From positions 1-8,975 of the forward strand of contig BAAFSQ010000361.1 of assembly GCA_054661495.1 (NCBI GenBank): a DNA stretch of 8,975 bases, in the 5' to 3' direction. Position numbers and translations under genes: made by a program. The notes beneath the pieces are model-generated. The model searched no databases. It saw nothing but the letters and a program-made list of their open reading frames with translations, and had not been told where the DNA came from. Below are positions 7,530 to 8,975 of the stretch, one piece after another (within the stretch, counting starts at the first letter, position 1; the number at the start of each line of letters is the position of its first letter). Source of the DNA: Zygophlyctis sp. KS116 (lineage: Eukaryota; Fungi; Chytridiomycota).

Positions 7530-8265
7530 CTTTGATTTTAGTATACTATGAGAAGATTAAATTGCATTGGTTGTATCATGTTGCATTAATATACATGAGT
7601 GCGAACGAGCCCATGTGGCCCACTGCCGAGGGTTCATAATATTCCATTCCATGGAATTATCCTTTTTTTCTTCTTCGTTACTTATTTCTAATGCTCCTTT
7701 AATGTAATTTCCACATCAGATTTTTGTAAAGCTTTTCATAGCACATCTGAGAAATGCCTTTTTATTTGATATCCTTCTCATTAACGTGCGATTTGAATGC
7801 ACGTTACACAAAAAAATATCTGGTTTCATTTCACCTTCATATACACCAGTAAATACTGTTTGTATGGCTTTGGCTTCGGTTTTTGAATCATCAATTACAA
7901 AATATCGAGGAATTCAGTTTTTTGTTATTCTGCGAATAAATTTTAATCCTTTCGCTATTGAATCAGCATTTTCATTTTGTAATGAAATATGTGCACCACA
8001 TATTAACCTCACGAGTTTCCATCTCCTATGATTCGTATTATGGGTGGAGTCCATTTGCGTTAAATATCCATATTTGTTGTATAAATGAATCACATCTTTT
8101 CTTATCCATGCAATAATAGAATTATTTTTATCTACTTCAACTTCACATCCACCTTCCTGCAACACTTTCTTAACTTTTTCAATATCTTGATTTAGAGTTT
8201 CTCCTGTTGAAGGTTTTAAATGCCCATCTTTACTTAAGGTTATTTATAACCCTACTATATTATAT

Positions 8266-8293
8266 CTTACTGGTTGAATCAAGAACCACTTAC
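8266..8293 (-). other. Candidate 28-nt spliceosomal intron
   Basis: GTAAGT...AGTAAG; removal joins the KGYDAP frame to the DSTH frame. Confidence 0.55.
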
Positions 8294-8521
8294 CTCATTG
8301 AATAAACAGTATCATATTGTAATGTTTCGGACCCAGGCAGATGTTTTTTTTCTGTTTTTATATATTCAACTACTGCTGGAGCATCATAACCTTTCTCAGC
8401 CTCTGCCTTGATTGCATTTCTCAAAAGAGTTGGTATAGATAAACAATCTGATATATGAAAGACTTTTATCCGTTCAGTTTAAGGCGCGCCATTTAATCAT
8501 TGTATAAGACACATAAGCAGA

Positions 8522-8975
8522 TTAATCAAAAATTGTGTTAAAATTCTTATTAAGTTTTTGTTTTTGAAATATGAAGTCGCAAAGTCCACGAAGAGACATT
8601 TTATTCGGTCTCACGCCTTCTAAAAACGCACAAGCATCTTCCATCATCATTCCATGCACTATAGATTATAATCACAAAATTATTTACCATCCAGTAACTG
8701 GTGCATCGCTGCAAACAGAGGCTTTCTGCGATTAAAGAATCTGGTTTCTGAATCAGATTTCTGCCAGTCATTCTTTTCTAACAGAGGAGCTATATTTCTA
8801 CTATACTCTAACCAAGCAGCTCTGACAGAATTAATTTTTCTGTCCATTATGAACTTTTCTGCTCGAATAATTTCACTATCATTATTTGAGGAGAAAATTT
8901 CATCATTATAAGTTGAAGTTGACATTTCACCCAACATTTCATTTCCTAATTTTGAGAAGAGGCTTCCCAATGAGA
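8522..8975 (-). CDS. 3' part of a GCR1_C-domain protein (CryptonF C-terminus or derivative); probable intron 8659-8687
   Basis: FIMDRKINSVRAAWLEY..IAPLLE..W..ETRFFNRRKPL resembles GCR1_C. Removing a 29-nt GT-AG segment extends it with VHGMMMEDACAFLEGVR...SLRGLCDF, completing the domain, to TAA 8522-8524. 5' end probably outside the window. Confidence 0.75.
8659..8687 (-). other. Candidate 29-nt spliceosomal intron
   Basis: GTAAAT...CTATAG; removal deletes the ORF stop and restores the end of GCR1_C. Confidence 0.7.

Larger units (their letters stand above)
6890..8460 (-). pseudogene. Mutator/MULE DDE transposase pseudogene, N-terminus missing; probable introns 8266-8293 and 7506-7529
   Basis: Manual translation: EKGYDAP...TQMDSTHNTN..WKL...KN*IPRYFVIDDSKTEAKAI...IFLCNVHSNRTL...QWATWARSHSCILMQHDTTNAI*SSHSILK...FPYPVQ...EEDWDRF; D(STH), (I)DD, CxxH and TTNxxE(S)xH are MULE hallmarks. 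Final stop 6890-6892. Confidence 0.88.

Noticed and set aside
5899-8031. ORFs 5899-6117, 6314-6580, 7028-7270 and 7786-8031
   Set aside because: Shadows of integrase, duplicated gag or the minus-strand MULE.
8247-8254. TAACCCTA as another telomeric filler
   Set aside because: Frame is preserved across it and I cannot show a lesion there; compatible with chance.
830-8975. One Crypton split by MULE and Gypsy insertions
   Set aside because: Domain order on the minus strand is GCR1_C before recombinase, the reverse of CryptonF.

Overview
AT-rich eukaryotic (probably fungal-related) region of nested, mostly decayed mobile DNA with no recognisable housekeeping gene. Centre: a Ty3/Gypsy LTR retrotransposon on + (1953-6816, flanked by a TACAG target-site duplication) with short ~160-bp LTRs, an open gag and a pol (PR-RT-RH-IN) broken by many frameshifts and stops. 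Its second LTR runs on through an apparently identical copy of the leader and first half of gag before rejoining a short LTR-end remnant and the TSD. Left flank (minus strand): a DUF3987/YfjI-like P-loop gene fragment and a Crypton-type (NDC10_II-like) tyrosine recombinase pseudogene. Right flank (minus strand): a Mutator/MULE transposase pseudogene and the 3' part of a GCR1_C-domain gene. Less obvious signals: five candidate 23-29 nt GT-AG mini-introns, a near-exact internal copy of the polypurine tract inside integrase, a palindromic non-tRNA sequence where the primer-binding site should be, and TTAGGG-type snippets at several lesion sites. All family calls are from motif recognition by eye; no searches were run. 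I see no demonstrably new biological system, but several mechanistic oddities are worth testing.
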